NCBI GenBank assembly: GCA_951406725.2
Contig: OX597820.1
Location: 40,982,001-41,046,000 of the forward strand
Direction of reading: 5' to 3'
Length of the DNA: 64,000 nt
Origin: Octopus vulgaris
Lineage: Eukaryota
Shown: positions 25,085-41,697 of the stretch, piece by piece
How positions within the stretch are numbered: the stretch's first letter is position 1
Layout of the letters: each line of letters opens with the position of its first letter
Notes under the pieces: generated by a model
Databases searched by the model: none
The model's input: only the letters and a program-made list of their open reading frames with translations
What the model was told of the DNA's origin: nothing
Position numbers and translations under genes: made by a program

Positions 25085-25783
25085 TTCAAATTTTGGCACA
25101 AGGCCAGCAAGTTCGGGTAAGGGGATAAATCGACTACAGCGATCCCAGTGTTCAACTGGTTCTTATTTTGTCAACCCCGAAGGCAAAGTCGATCACATTG
25201 GCTTTTGAACTCAGAACGTAAAGACGAGCGAAATGTTGCTTAGCATTTCGCCGACGTCCTAACGTTTCTGCATCCTCACCGCCCTAAACACTCCAATAAA
25301 TATTCTTTTTTACTCTAGGCTCAAGGCCCGAAATTTTGGGGGAGGGGGCTAGTCGATTAGATCGACCCCAGTACGCAACTGGTACTTAATCTATCGACCC
25401 CGAAAGGATGAGAGGCAAAGTCGACCTCGGCGGAGTTTGAACTCAGAATGTAAAGACGAAGAAATACCTATTTCTTTACTACCCACAAAGGACTACACAC
25501 AGAGAGAACAAACAAGGACAGACAAACGGATTAAGTCGATTTTATCGACCCCAGTGCGTAACTGGTACTTATTTAATCGACCCCGAAAGGATGAAAGGCA
25601 AAGTCGACCTCGGCGGAATTTGAACTCAGAACGTAGCGGCAGACGAAATACCTATTTCTTTACTACCCACAAGGGGCTACACACAGAGGGGACGAACAAG
25701 GACAGACAAACAGATTAAGTCGATTATATCGACCCCAGTGCGTAACTGGTACTTATTTAATAGACCCCGAAAGGATGAAAGGC
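25085..25783 (-). mobile_element. Family A SINE (25085-25283) plus a head-to-tail A1/A1/A2 concatemer (25302-25783)
   Basis: Junctions 'gaaa|tacctatttc' at 25465 and 25649 (184-bp period). Confidence 0.9.
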
Positions 25784-26382
25784 ATATACACAAGAATGCA
25801 CATACACGACGACACAACCGCATGCGCAGATCCTCACATTGAATCAAGAATATTTTACTTCTAAAACCAGTCATAGCTATCACATACATATATTCATAAA
25901 CCATATACACATACAATTGCAAGTATAAGTGTTTAATTAACAGAAGGACTAGCTGTTACGCTATATAGAGATGCAAGGAAAACTTACGAGTATGTGTTTT
26001 AGTAAATACACGATGTTAATTCTCCTGTGTAAACTATACATTGTGGTTGAACCACTTGTTTCTATTTCGCTAGGATCAAAAGAAGCAGTTCAACCTGATT
26101 TGTTTCAACAATTTTTCCCACCTCAAATATCAGTTACTTGACCACAGACAGAATGCTAAAATATAGCTATTTATAGTATTCACAAATTCAGATAGAACTA
26201 TCTTGACCTGCCGTAATTTGTATGACGATGTGGTTGAACCACTCCATGTACTTTTCACAAGGAAAATAACACGTGTTCAGTAAAAACGCAAATCCGTAAA
26301 TGCTCCTTAGATCTTTTTCTTTCTTTCTATTTCCTTGTATGCGTGCATATGTAGAAATATATTAAATTAATAAATGTGTGTT

Positions 26383-26432
<50 letters not shown>

Positions 26433-26704
26433 GACCAGGCTATCAGATGTTGCTACACATTGCTGGTTACAATGCACTTCGCATTGGTTTAGCCTTCAAA
26501 TGACACTACTCCGCTGCCTAAGCGAGCAGGCCAACAGAAGAAAGTGTAGGAGAAAGTTATGGCGAAAGAGTACAGCAGGGATCGCCACCATCCCCTGCCG
26601 GAGCCTCGTGAAGCTTTAGGTGTTTTTGCTCAATAAACACTCACAACGCCCGGTCTGGGAAACCGCGAGTCCGCTGCCCTAACCACTGGGCCATTGTGCC
26701 TTCA
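26433..26704 (-). mobile_element. Family C SINE, tail type 2, with B-box deletion
   Basis: Head/body as at 16252; different 3' tail ending 'gcaacatctgatagcctggtc'; ~20-bp deletion at the accgcga microhomology. Confidence 0.85.
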
Positions 26705-27017
26705 CTGGGACTTTGTGCCTTTAAATATATATATATATTTAAAAAGATGATTGTGATCTAGTTTCTTTCATTGTTTATGATGGGTTTTAAAGTTTCGCTT
26801 TGAGTGTTGAAACTGTAAATTTTCAAGAACCCACCGACATTGGCAGACCGTCGCACCTTGCTGAGTCTAGTGGTTATTGGTGCCAGGAATTTTGACAATT
26901 AGAAATGAACAATAACGTTGGTCCTTTGTTCGAATGGTGCCACTGCCAAAACTTTAGTCCATTGTCTCTAGTTTTCTTTCAGCAAATCAGGCGTGATTTT
27001 TGTTTGTATCTACGTAT

Positions 27018-27235
27018 TACTCTTTACTCTTTTACTCTTTTACTCGTTTCAGTCACTTGACTGCGGCCATGCTAGAGCACCGCCTTTAGTCGAGCAAATC
27101 GACCCCGAGACTTATTCTTTGTAAGCCCAGTACTTATTTTATCGGTCTTTTTTGCCGAACCGCTAAGTGACGGGGACGTAAGCACACCAGCATCGGTTGT
27201 CAAGCAATGATGGGAGGACAAACACAGACACACAA

Positions 27236-27310
<75 letters not shown>

Positions 27311-27475
27311 TACGACAGGCTTCTTTCAGTTTCCGTCTACCAAATCCACTCACAAGGCATTGGTCGACCCGGGGCTATAGCAGAAGACACTTGCCCAAGA
27401 TGCCACGCAGTGGGACTGAACCCGGAACCATGTGGTTGGTTAGCAAGCTACTTACCACACACCCACTCCTGCGCC
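27018..27475 (-). mobile_element. Family B SINE, full length
   Basis: Reverse complement of the family B pattern, including the internal microsatellite and the GAGTAAAA tail. Confidence 0.9.
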
Positions 27476-27994
27476 TATGATTGTTGATTTTGCATTTTTT
27501 AAAATTAATATGGCTTCCATAATTAGTGTGTTACATACCATACATACATACATACATTCATTCATTCATTCATATACAAGCATACATACATGCATTCATA
27601 CCACCTCATGTATATACATACACATACATACGCGCACACATATATACATGTACATAAATACGAAAATTCATTCATACATAACTGCGCACATGGAAAAGTG
27701 CACACATGTACTTGCACGTGCGCATATGTATGCGTGTGCATGTGGACGCAAATTTTTGTGTGCATAAATGTGCGTCCGTGTCATATTTTTATTAATACGG
27801 CTTCCATGAAATGAAACAATTGCAAAGTATTATATTACACGTGACATGAAACAAATTTTTCGTTGACAAAACTATAGTTAGCATAAAGACCGATATATAT
27901 ATAAAGGTCTTTTCATGTGTTTGCGAGTGTACAAGGACCGTTGCCGAGGTTGCGTAACTTTTATTAAATGTCTCTATCCTCAGAGGTATATAAT

Positions 27995-28212
27995 AATCTT
28001 TTCAACTATAGACACAAAGCCAGATGTTTTTGGGGTGGAGGGTAGAGTCGATTACATCGACCCCAGTTGTTTCCCAGGTGCTTATTTCATCCACCCCGAA
28101 GAGATGAAAAGGCAAAGTCGACCTCGGCAGAATTTGAACTCAGAACGTAAAGACGGACAAAATGCTGATAAAAATTTTTGCCCGACGTCTAACGATTCTG
28201 CCTGCTCACCGC
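27995..28212 (-). mobile_element. Family A SINE (A2 tail)
   Basis: Core motif aaggcaaagtcgacctcggcagaatttgaactcagaacg. Confidence 0.8.
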
Positions 28213-28486
<274 letters not shown>

Positions 28487-28487
28487 C

Positions 28488-28557
<70 letters not shown>

Positions 28558-28585
28558 GTTGTTGCTGCTTTTGTTGTTGTTGTTG

Positions 28586-28624
<39 letters not shown>

Positions 28625-28824
28625 TTGTTGTTATGTATGCGTGCGTATTCAGGTGGTTTAGTTATATACAAACACTAGAAAGTATTTTTGATTTTTATTT
28701 AGCACGTGCAAAATACGAGAAAAACAGATATATCTACCAGGGAATATAAATATCGTATAAAACTCTAAGTTACATTTCAAAACACACACACATACACACA
28801 CATGTATACATAAGAATTCAGACA

Positions 28825-29598
<774 letters not shown>

Positions 29599-29910
29599 TC
29601 AAGTTAAAGGAGAGGTGTGAGGTTGAGAGAATTAGAGAAAGAGGGCGAATTTTTTAGTCCCAGTAGTGGTTATGCACACAAGAAGAAAACAAAGAATCAA
29701 TCACACAGTGACACACAGACATTGGACACGTGTTTCCTGCGTCGACCGAGCAGCAGCGATGGATCTCTCGTCGGTTTTCCCTTAATGCTTTACATAAGAA
29801 ATATGGCAGAGCTGAAAGCATCTGGGAGTTGAAAGGGGAAGCAAGTAGCGAGAAATACTTGACGAAAAAAGAGGAACGAGATGACGAGGGAGCAAATGAT
29901 AATGAAAAGT

Positions 29911-29953
<43 letters not shown>

Positions 29954-30860
29954 AAGGAGAGGTTGGAAAGGATGAGTGAGAGACAGTGGAAATATAATGA
30001 AAGCAAAATAAACATTTACGAAATGAGGAAATTAGATGGGGGCAGAGCGAGTAGACCGACTCCTAACGATAGGAGACCGGAGTTCTGGAAAAGCGAAACC
30101 CTTCACCTGTTCTCATCACAAGTAGCTGCTTACAATGACGTGAATACAAACTAGGAATATAAATTGATAGCGGTACCATCGTAGCCCCCAACTGACTCCC
30201 CAGCTTTCTTATCACCCTTACACCATACTACTGCCTCCCTCTCCCGGCTTTATCTAACCCTCGTTCATATCGCAAGCTTAACGAGGTGTTCTTTCTTCTT
30301 ATGTACCAACCTGACCAGCAGTGAAGTGTGCCGGGAGTGAATGAGTTTCTCTGTGCACTAAAGTACCGTCCACCTCGCCCTCCTGTACTTCGCCTTCGAC
30401 ATTGGCGGCTTAATTGGCTTTTTGTGTATGTATGTGCGAGGAGAGTAAGAGACGGTGATGATATAAAAAAAAGAGATTATATGGATGTGTGTACGCGTGA
30501 GAGAGAGAAGCGAGAAAGAAAAGAAGGAGTGAGAGAGAGAGAGAGATGTTACAAGAATATGGTTGTGTGTCTGTGTATCTGTGTTTGCGTGCTTAAGACT
30601 GTGAGCACATACAGTTACACGGTTGTACATGTAAATGCTTATCTCCAAAGGAAGTAGATCATGGAAGGGTGAAGAGAAGGGACGGGAAGGATATGTATGG
30701 AAGTTGGGAGTAGTCCGACGAAGGAGGTTGTGGGAGTAACGCGTTGTGAACGTGCACGGAACTTTGTTTGGATGCGGGCGGCCAGGGCAAAATAAAGGGA
30801 CAGCTAGTTCACTAATCTTGACATTGTTTTCGTGTAGAGAGAGTGTCCACCATCATCTTC

Positions 30861-30892
<32 letters not shown>

Positions 30893-30980
30893 CACCATTG
30901 CTTCCACATCCAGCGACTCTATTGTAGTCGTTCTATTTGGTGTACAAACTTCAGACAAAGCTCTCTTAAGTCACACCATA

Positions 30981-31297
30981 GGCGCAGGCGTGGCTGTGCG
31001 GTAAGAAGCTTGTTTCCCAACTACATGGTTCCAGGTTTAATCCCACCGCGTGGAACCTTGGGCAAGTGTCTTCTACTATATCCTCGGGCTGACCACCACC
31101 ACCACCACCACTTTACAACCGGTGTCGGTGTATTTACGTCTTCGTAATCTAATAGTTCGGCAAAAGAGACCGATAGAATAAGCACTAGGCTTACAAAGAA
31201 TAAGTCGAGGGGTCGATATCTTCGACTAAGACTTTCAAGGTGGTACTCCAGCACGGCCGTAGTCAGATGAATGAAACAAGTAAAAGAAATAAAAGAA
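30981..31297 (+). mobile_element. Family B SINE with internal deletion
   Basis: Head ggcgcaggcgtggctgtgcggtaag; tail gaaacaagtaaaagaaataaaag. Confidence 0.8.
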
Positions 31298-31667
31298 CGA
31301 ATACTGTCTTTCCTATGGTCACGGCTGTAATACATGTTATCGTAGGTATGCCCTACCAAGGTTAACCTAGGGTCCATCAACGAAAATGAACACTTCTTTA
31401 TATTGGTCTGATTCGAAAATGCATACAAATACGCGTTCGCATTTGCACGCTCGCACATGCATACACATGCACCTACAAAGACTTAGACACAGACTCACAC
31501 ATACACACACATGCACACACACACACACACACACGCGAGCGCGCGCGCACGGAATATTACAATATATTTCATTTTTAAAACCTATAATATGCATAGATTT
31601 AAGATATGTGTGTGTGTGAGTGTATGTGTGCGTGTGTGAATATATGGATACATACTCCAAAGCACAT

Positions 31668-31711
<44 letters not shown>

Positions 31712-32040
31712 TTATATATGTATATATATATATGCATATACATATGTATGTGAGTGTGTGTGTGAGTGTGTGTGCGCGTATGACTGTACCTATATGCATA
31801 CATACAACACAGATTCTTTTTTCTTTATCGGTGTCATAACACTTAATATATTCCCTTTCCCCTTCACTTGTCTATCTTATCGGTGTAACAACTATCTTCA
31901 CCATTTTCATCAAGAACAGCATTACCATTAGTATAACCATTGTCATCGCAAGCCGGTGTTAAGTCTATGGCCAGACAGTGTATCACAAACGTGTGAAGCC
32001 GCTCACCTTTCTAGTTTCTTTTTAATATTTCCCCTCTCCA

Positions 32041-32255
32041 AGGCGGCGAGATGGCAGAAACCCTAGCACGCCGGCCAAAATGCTTAGCGCTTTTTCATCT
32101 GTCTTTATGTTCTGGGTTTAAATTCCGCAGTGGTCAACTTTGCCTTTCATCCTTTTGGGGTCGATAAATTAAGTACTAGTTGCTTACTGGGGTCATCTAA
32201 TCGACTGGCCTCCTCCCACCAAATTTGGGACCTTGTGCCTAGAGTAGAAAAGAAT
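32041..32255 (+). mobile_element. Family A SINE (A2 tail)
   Basis: Full head-to-tail match to family A. Confidence 0.85.
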
Positions 32256-33990
32256 ATTTGACCCTCTCCCTCTCCTCCCCTCTCTCTCTCTCTCTCTTTC
32301 CTCTCTATCGCTCTCTCTCCTTCTCTATCTCTGTCTCTTCCTCTTTCTCTCTCCAATAACAGCTCATATTAACGAATAAGGCTTATTACGATTGAGTGAA
32401 CTGCTGCAATTGAAAACCAAATGTCCTTCAAACCAACTCGTTCGCTTTTCAAACTAAATAAATAAATTATCAAATATATGCAGTGGAGAAGGTAGATATG
32501 GTGACAATACACGGTATGTGTACAACTGGAAAAGTAATAGGAGGATCAACGCTGAAACGCTGGTGTTTATAATTCTTCTCGGTCAAGCAAACTTCCAGCT
32601 TTTCTATCTATATCTTCTTTTCACACACGGATACGAATACACATGTGCGTGTTCATATTTATATATATATGCACAAACACACACACACACACACACATTC
32701 ATGCATATATGGGTACAGGACGTCACCAACAGTGCAGATAACAAGAAATACGTAAATAAAAGGAGTTAAATAGGTAAACAACGAGAAAAAAAATGGAAAA
32801 CAGGACATGTAAACACAGAAAGGACCCTTCATCAGTTGTCGGCTGTCTATTTACTCCTCATTTCGAGCAAAGTAAGTTTATGTATGTATGTATGTATGTA
32901 TGTATGTATGTGTCTCTGTTTATGTAGGTGTTGCCATTTTGAAATTTGAATTTTTATTGATTATTTTTTTTACGCTTTCTGCAAACTGCTTACTGGACAT
33001 TAAGTTGCTGACAAAGTGGAATTCATTATAGAGTATTTCGATTCCTTAGTTATTCAACTCACTTTAATTACGAAACAGAGAATCTTTCGAGAAAATGACG
33101 AATTAGCAACCCCGTCGGAGCGCCGAACGAAATGCCTTTTAGTATTCATTTCTGAGTTTAAATCCCGCCTAAGACAACTTTTCCATGTTTCTGAGATAGA
33201 TAAATAAAATACCAACCTTGAAAGGTGGTCTCACAGAAACGTTCAGTAAAGCGTCAGACAGGGTGCTGTCTGGTACTTGTTCCGTTTTTTAGTTTCTGAG
33301 TTCGAATCCCACTCGGCCGACATGAGCAGCAGACTTACTCCGTTGTAAGCATTTGGATTAGGTTTTCGATTTGAGAATACTCTTTTTTTTTTCCAGCCAG
33401 AATCCTACCAGTTTCAAGGGCCTCGTAAAAGGACAGAATCCCTGTCCTGTTCTTCTGACTAAAAGACCCCAGGAAATTCACAATGCCATCATCTCAAATA
33501 ATGGAGGTTGCCATAGCTTTGAATGTTCACATTTTTCTCCTCTCTCTCTCTCTCTCTCTCTCCCCCCTCTCTCTATATTTATATTTATATGTCTGTGAGT
33601 GTGTGTGCCTGTGTGTCTGTGTGTTTATATACATATACATACTCACAAAGAAACACACGTAAATGTGCATAAATGTACACATACATACACGCATGTTTAT
33701 TACATAAAATAAGTACTCAAAACGCCCTATGGTTTAAAATCTAATGTTGCATTACATAGATATACCTAACCGTTTTGCACAGCCAAACGTGTCTCGTTAA
33801 ATGTTCTCTCATCAGTAAGCTGATCGTAATATCATAAAGAAACGAAATTCAATGAAACCTTAAATTAAATATTTATAAAGGTGTATATATTGTATCTGTT
33901 ATACAGATATATAAAAGATATGCAACAGGCTTTCAACGTGGGTTTCTCTAAGTAGTCTCTCAAATTGCTAGCAATAATCGCTTGCTCTTC

Positions 33991-34378
33991 TACTCTTTAA
34001 CTTGTTTCAGTCATTTGACTGCGGCCATGCTAGAGAACCGCCTTTAGTCGAACAAATCGACCCCAGAATTTATTTTTTGTAAGATTAGTACTTATTCTGT
34101 CAGTCGCTTTTGCCGAGCTGCTAAGTTATGGGGACGTAAACACACCAAACATCGGTTGTCAAGCGATGGCGGGGGGACAAACACACACTCACACACAGAT
34201 ATACACATATATCTATATATATATATGTATACGACAGGCTTCTTTCAGTTTCCGTCTACCTAATTCACTCACAAGGCTTTGGCCGGCCCGAGGTTTTAGT
34301 AGAAGACACTTGCCCAAGGTGTCACGCAGTGGGATTGAACCCGGCACCATGTGGTTGAGAGGCAAGCTTCTTACCATA
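33991..34378 (-). mobile_element. Family B SINE
   Basis: Reverse-complement match to family B. Confidence 0.85.
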
Positions 34379-35611
34379 TACCCCCTCAAAACTCACCCTA
34401 ACTTTTGAAAATATACTCACTATGTCTGCCCAAAAGAAAATTAAAAAGACTGGATAGTATCGGCTGAAATGACTTTAATAAAAAGTCCACTTTGTCATGG
34501 CTTGCTTTATGGAACATTTTGGCATGGCCTATTAATAGCTGGACATCGGAGTAATGTTGTGGAGCCAACAAAAGAGACTCAAAGTAGCCAATCAACCAAC
34601 TAAAAATAACAGTTAAATCTAGCCAATTCTCCATCAAATTATGAATATATATATTTTTTTTTATAAAATGGATTCACAGTTGGACACTGTTATCCTAGTA
34701 AACACCAGAAATTACGGCTTTGAACACTGGCGGAACATTTGATCATTGATCATAAGGTTGCTCAATTAGTAAATGAATAAAAACAACAAAAATAACATCG
34801 GTGGTCCTCTCTTACAAGAGGCGAAAGCGAAACCGTATTTCACAGAGAGAAGGGGGAAAGAGATGAGAGGAGAGGAGAGGAGTGTGTGTGTAGGGGAATA
34901 AGAGGTGGAAGAAGAGGAGGCGAAGGAAGAGAGAAAGGAGAGGAGGACGAGGTGTGGATGTATAGTGGTTTACCTACTCGGTTGACATTTTAGGACTGTT
35001 GTCGACCAGTGACTATGACGTTGACATTTAAACATCGGTAATCCCGATATATTTAAAAATTGAAAGTCTGTATGTGGCCATACCTTTTGGTGTTGACATA
35101 CGACTTCACCATAGATATTTTATACATTATAATACTGTAGCTTTTATAAATTACGTTTTGAGAATGTGATCACGTGTATAGTTAGATTTACATAAAATTT
35201 ACATAAATCAGTATGCACAAGTATGTCTTGCGCACGTACATATACAGAAAATAAAGGAGGCTTGTATGCGACCAAATCGACCTAAAAAGGAGAGTAGCGT
35301 TGAAATCTATATGTAGTATGTAGTTGTTAGTTCGGGTCATTTTCGCAGGACATTATTTCTTGAATGTTCTAGTTCAAATAAATATGAATTGGAAGCTCTC
35401 ATGCAAGGTGTAGCTCATCACTCCAGTTAGCAAGAAACAAGTATTTTATTCAACGAGTTTGCAGGGCTGAAAGCAAATTCATACGCGGCGTACACTGAGA
35501 TGATCACCTCTATTTAAACATAGGGACTTTCGCGTATATGTGTGTTGTGTGTGTGTGTGCAATTGTGTGTGTGTAAGTGTGTGTGTGTGTGCGTGTGTGT
35601 GCAATTACTTC

Positions 35612-35668
<57 letters not shown>

Positions 35669-35715
35669 AACACACACGCACACACAGACATATTGCGCAT
35701 ATATGAATATACATG

Positions 35716-36508
<793 letters not shown>

Positions 36509-36554
36509 TAATGGAAACGTTGACTCGTCATAAACCATTTGTTAGTAGTAGTTA

Positions 36555-36744
36555 GGCGCAGGAGTGACTGTTAGGCACAGGAGTGGCTTTGTGGTAAGTA
36601 GCTTGCTAACCAACCATATGGTTCCGGGATCAGTCCCACTGCGTGGCATCTTGGGCAAGTGTCTTCTGCTATAGCTCCGGGCCGACCAATGCCTTGTGAG
36701 TGGATTTGGTAGACGGAAACTGGAAGAAGCCTGTCGTGCATATG

Positions 36745-36775
<31 letters not shown>

Positions 36776-36990
36776 TTGTGTGTCTGTGTTTGTCCCCCCT
36801 AGCAATGCTTGACAACCGATGCTGGTGTGCTTACGTCCCCGTCACTTAGCGGTTCGGCAAAATTGTCCGACAATAAGTACTGGGCTTACAAAGAAAAAGT
36901 CCTGGTGTCGATTTGTTCGACTAAATGCGGTGCTCCAGCATGGCCGCAGTCAAATGACTGAAACAAGTAAAAGAGTAAAAGAGTAAAGAG
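36555..36990 (+). mobile_element. Family B SINE with duplicated 5' terminus
   Basis: 'gttaggcgcaggagtg' is repeated as 'gttaggcacaggagtg'; full body and tail. Confidence 0.9.
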
Positions 36991-37030
36991 TTGTAAGAAG
37001 GGTTTTTGGCGGCAGTAGCATCAGTATTAC

Positions 37031-37135
<105 letters not shown>

Positions 37136-37527
37136 CAGTTAATTGTGTTGCAGTTGTGGGTGTTTGGTTGGCAAAGTGAGGTCATTTGTTATCGACGCAG
37201 CTGGAGAAGTAGTTCACTTATATTATGCACGTGCTCTTGCGTGCATACATGTAAAATGTGACGTTGTATTTGTGCTTGCGCGTGGTGTATGTGTGTGTGT
37301 ATGCGTGCGCGTGCGTATTGTACGTATGTGTTAGCCCCTGTGTGTGTGTGCGTGTGTGTGTGTGTGTGTGCACAGTCACGAATGGCATTGGTTTATTTCC
37401 GGTTTATATGTCGCCATATGGTGACAAACTGTATTGACTTTAACGATAGTGTAAAATCGTGAGAGGATACAGCAAGAGAGGGGCGGAGAGAAAATGACAG
37501 AGAGAGAGAGAGAGAGAGAAAGCGAGG

Positions 37528-37564
<37 letters not shown>

Positions 37565-37566
37565 GG

Positions 37567-37603
<37 letters not shown>

Positions 37604-37796
37604 ACGAGGGAGGAGAAAGAGAGAGAGAGAGAGAAAGAGAGATAGACATAGAGAGAGAAGTGAAAGAAATCGAGAATGGAGAAAATTTTCAGCACCTGAC
37701 ATAATTGAAAAAGAAAGATAGAGATAGAAGAGGAAATAAATGAAAACTTAAGAGACTGGAGAGAGAAAGAGAAAGAAGGAAAGAAAGAAAGAAGGA

Positions 37797-37828
<32 letters not shown>

Positions 37829-38266
37829 AGGAAAGAAACAAAAAGAAAGAAAGCGAATAACAGAGAGATAGATTAAGCGAAGGTATATTGTGGATAAAGA
37901 AAGGAAATAAGAGGATAAGACGAAGTAGAAAGAGAACAACAATGGAAAGAAGAAGTATAAGGAAAAAGAAATACTGAGAAAATATGAGAGAGAGAGAGAG
38001 TGTGGGGGGAGGGTTGGCGGATGAAGGACAGAGATAGAATGTGATACATTAAGACTGTATAGAAAGCATTAAAGACTGACAAACATGGAACAGGACATGC
38101 AAACATTTGTAAGCAATGGGTTTTCGTCGTATGGAGTCGTATGGAGATGTTTGTTGGATGGCGGAAGTTACAATGAATAATTTCGGTAGGAAGGGAAGAG
38201 GAAGAGGAAGAGGAAGAGGAGAAAATGTGGGAAGGGGGTTACAAGTTACAAACGTGGCACGCTGTT

Positions 38267-38305
<39 letters not shown>

Positions 38306-38627
38306 ATTGTTTACCTGCAGATCAAATCTCAAACGAAAAATTCTAACAATGCCCCACCCCGCCGGTTTTATTTTCTGCGGTCTAAGAAAACACAATGCAC
38401 CATCGTTTTTTTTTTTGTTTTTTTTTTGTTTTTTTTTTCCATCTAAGACAAGACACTGGGGAGTAAATATAAATGATAAGCTGCTATTTCTAGCAGACCG
38501 TCCACATACAGTTACTTCGTTATCTCGTTCTTTATGCATGTATACGTGTATATGTGCACGCATGCATGTGCGCGTATGTATGCATTATGTACGTCGATAT
38601 ATGGCTGTGTGATTGTACACACGCACA

Positions 38628-38681
<54 letters not shown>

Positions 38682-38712
38682 AATACATACAGACATACAT
38701 ACATACATACAT

Positions 38713-39000
38713 ACGCGCAGGAGTGGCTGTGTGGTAAGAAGCTTGCATCCCAACCACATGGTTACGGGTTCAGTCCCACTGCATGGCACATTGGGCAAGT
38801 TTATTCTACTATAGCTTTAAGCCAGGATAATCTGGTGCTTGCCTGAGGAAGGAAAGCTGCGAATGATCCGTCCTTGTTTTCTTTGTATCGTCTATCTGGA
38901 TGTTTTGCTGTCCCTTTTTGTATCACCTAGCTGTCCGGATGTTTTGCGTTCGAGTCCCATTTTGTATTATACATACATATATATATATATGTATATATTT

Positions 39001-39067
<67 letters not shown>

Positions 39068-39282
39068 TTTGTGTCTGTGTGTCTGTGTTTGTGTCGCCCA
39101 CCGCCATCGCTTGACAATCGATGCTGGAGTGTTTACGTCCCCGTAACTTAGCCGTTCGTCAAAATTGCCCGACAATAAGTACCAGGCTTACAAAGAAAAA
39201 GTCCTGGTATCGATTTGTTCGACTAAATGCCGTGCTCCAGCATGGCCGCAGTCAAATGACTGAAACAAGTAAACGAATAAAA

Positions 39283-39285
<3 letters not shown>
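38713..39285 (+). mobile_element. Family B SINE interrupted by the microsatellite-associated repeat at 38822-38968
   Basis: Head to 'ctactatagc', foreign block, microsatellite, then 3' half and tail. Confidence 0.8.
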
Positions 39286-39326
<41 letters not shown>

Positions 39327-39524
39327 TCGAGTGAATGAAAACATTACTACTTAATTGATGAGGGAGCGGTCAGTAAGGGATGTAACCAACTACCACAAGG
39401 TATTTAGTTTGGTGTTTTGCCTTTTTTACCACTCGGTCACTCTAATGTCCCTTTATGTATTAGTAACATGTGCGAATATATATGTGAACGATTGCGAGTC
39501 TGTGTAAGCATGAGCATTCATTCA

Positions 39525-39571
<47 letters not shown>

Positions 39572-39660
39572 GTATATATCAGTAGGTGTTTGAATCCAAA
39601 CACATATGTTAATTTTTTTTTCACCGAATAGAAAAAAATGGGTGAAGTGAAACACACACA

Positions 39661-39699
<39 letters not shown>

Positions 39700-39854
39700 T
39701 ACATGCGTACATACATACATTTACACACACACACATTGTCATTTTGATAAATAAGTCAGCATTTTAATATTCTAAAGCTGATGAACCAACTAATGTGCTT
39801 CTCCATTTTCTTATTTGTAATATATATATATATATATATGTGTGTGTATATATG

Positions 39855-39908
<54 letters not shown>

Positions 39909-39924
39909 CATATATTACAAATAA

Positions 39925-39964
<40 letters not shown>

Positions 39965-40184
39965 CAAATAAGAATACATATATAGCATTTATACAGAGGA
40001 GAAAAACAGAGTGAGAGAAATGACGAGACAAAATATGGAAGTGATGATACATATGACATAGAGATATAGTGTGTGAGACAACATACTACAAAGCAGGGAT
40101 AGGTAGATTTAGAGAGAATATAAGAGGGGGAAACGACAGAAAAGCAGCGGCAGCGAGATAAATAGACAGATAGACAGACAGATG

Positions 40185-40262
<78 letters not shown>

Positions 40263-40789
40263 AAGAAAGAGAGAGAGGGATGTATAAAAGAGATACGAAG
40301 ATGCTACCAAAGAAAAATAATAACAAGCGATATACATTTAAAAAAATCGATTGAAGCCCAATTCGATAGACAGATAGATATCGAGGGAGAGGTAGAAAGA
40401 AAGACAACGAAGAAGAAAGCAAGAGATAAAGAGAAGTCTTAGAGATCGAATCATGGATTGTCGAGTATAAACAGATGTTACCTGTGTCCTGTTTTCCCCC
40501 CACTCCCCTCCTTTCTTCTTGAAGTACGTAGAGGAATAAAAGCTAATCAAAAGAGAGAAAAGCGGGTTAGTTTCGATCGAAAGGGGTTTGTTCTCGGTCA
40601 CTAGAGAAGTTGGCGGTATACGAATAGACGAGTAGAACAAAGCTAGCGGCGAAGTCACAGCTGGGGGAGGTACTCACACAGCTTGTTTAATTACGAGGAA
40701 CAGAAAAACATTACTGCATTAGATGACCATCATAAACAATTTCTAGTTTGTTTCCTGGGGTGCTCACACACACACACACACACACACAG

Positions 40790-41175
40790 TGGAGGCGCAA
40801 TGGCCCAGTGGTTAGGGCAGCGGACTCGCGGTCATAGGATCGCGGTTTCGATTCCCAGACCGGGCGTTTGTGAGTGTTTATTGAGCGAAAACACCTAAAA
40901 GCTCCACGAGGCTCCGGCAGGGGATGGTGGTGATCCCTGCTGTACTCTTTCACCACAACTTTCTCTCACTCTTACTTCCTGTTTCTGTTGTACCTGTATT
41001 TCAAAGGGCCGGCCTTGTCACTCTCTGTGTCACGCTGAATATTCCTGAGAACTACGTTAAGGGTACACGTGTCTGTGGAGTGCTCAGCCACTTACACGTT
41101 AATTTCACGAGCAGGGTGTTCCGTTGATTCGGATCAACAGGAACCCTCGTCGTCGAAATTGACGGAGTGCTTCCT
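40790..41175 (+). mobile_element. Family C SINE, tail type 3
   Basis: Same head/body as 16252; distinct ~190-bp 3' region (tgtcacgctgaat..gagaactacgttaagggtac..gacggagtgc). Confidence 0.85.
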
Positions 41176-41546
41176 CCTACTACACACACACACACACACA
41201 AACGATTGTAAGTGGTAATTGTTTTTGTGTTTATTGCTATTTCTTAAGTTACTTTTTCAGCCCTAGGTTTAGCATTAACCGAACCGAAACTATGATCAAA
41301 GATGTTACAGCTGTGGACATCACATCGTAGGAAATTTCTTTCAATTTTAAAAAGACAGTAGGGTACGAGCTGAGGTAGGTTTGGCTGTTATTTCTTGCAG
41401 CTTGAGAGATCACATATTATGCTAACTACATGCCTGTCGTAGCAATTGTTATCAATTTCTAACACTGTAAAGCGTATCTTTCTCTTCGTAAACACTCCAC
41501 ACGTGTGTGTGTGTGTGCGAGCCAGCGCACATGTTAATATTCAGTA

Positions 41547-41589
<43 letters not shown>

Positions 41590-41628
41590 CTCCAGCATGA
41601 CCGCAGTCAAAAGACTGAAACAAGTAGA

Positions 41629-41697
<69 letters not shown>

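Noticed and set aside
29650-29830. Possible minus-strand exon after a pyrimidine tract + CAG at ~29823
   Set aside because: No good donor site or recognisable peptide.
32705-32875. Minus-strand CTGATGAAGGG (32835 downward) with an upstream CTCGAAA as a third hammerhead
   Set aside because: No downstream GAAA, and no stem I/III pairing could be built; at most a degenerate PLE-like fragment.
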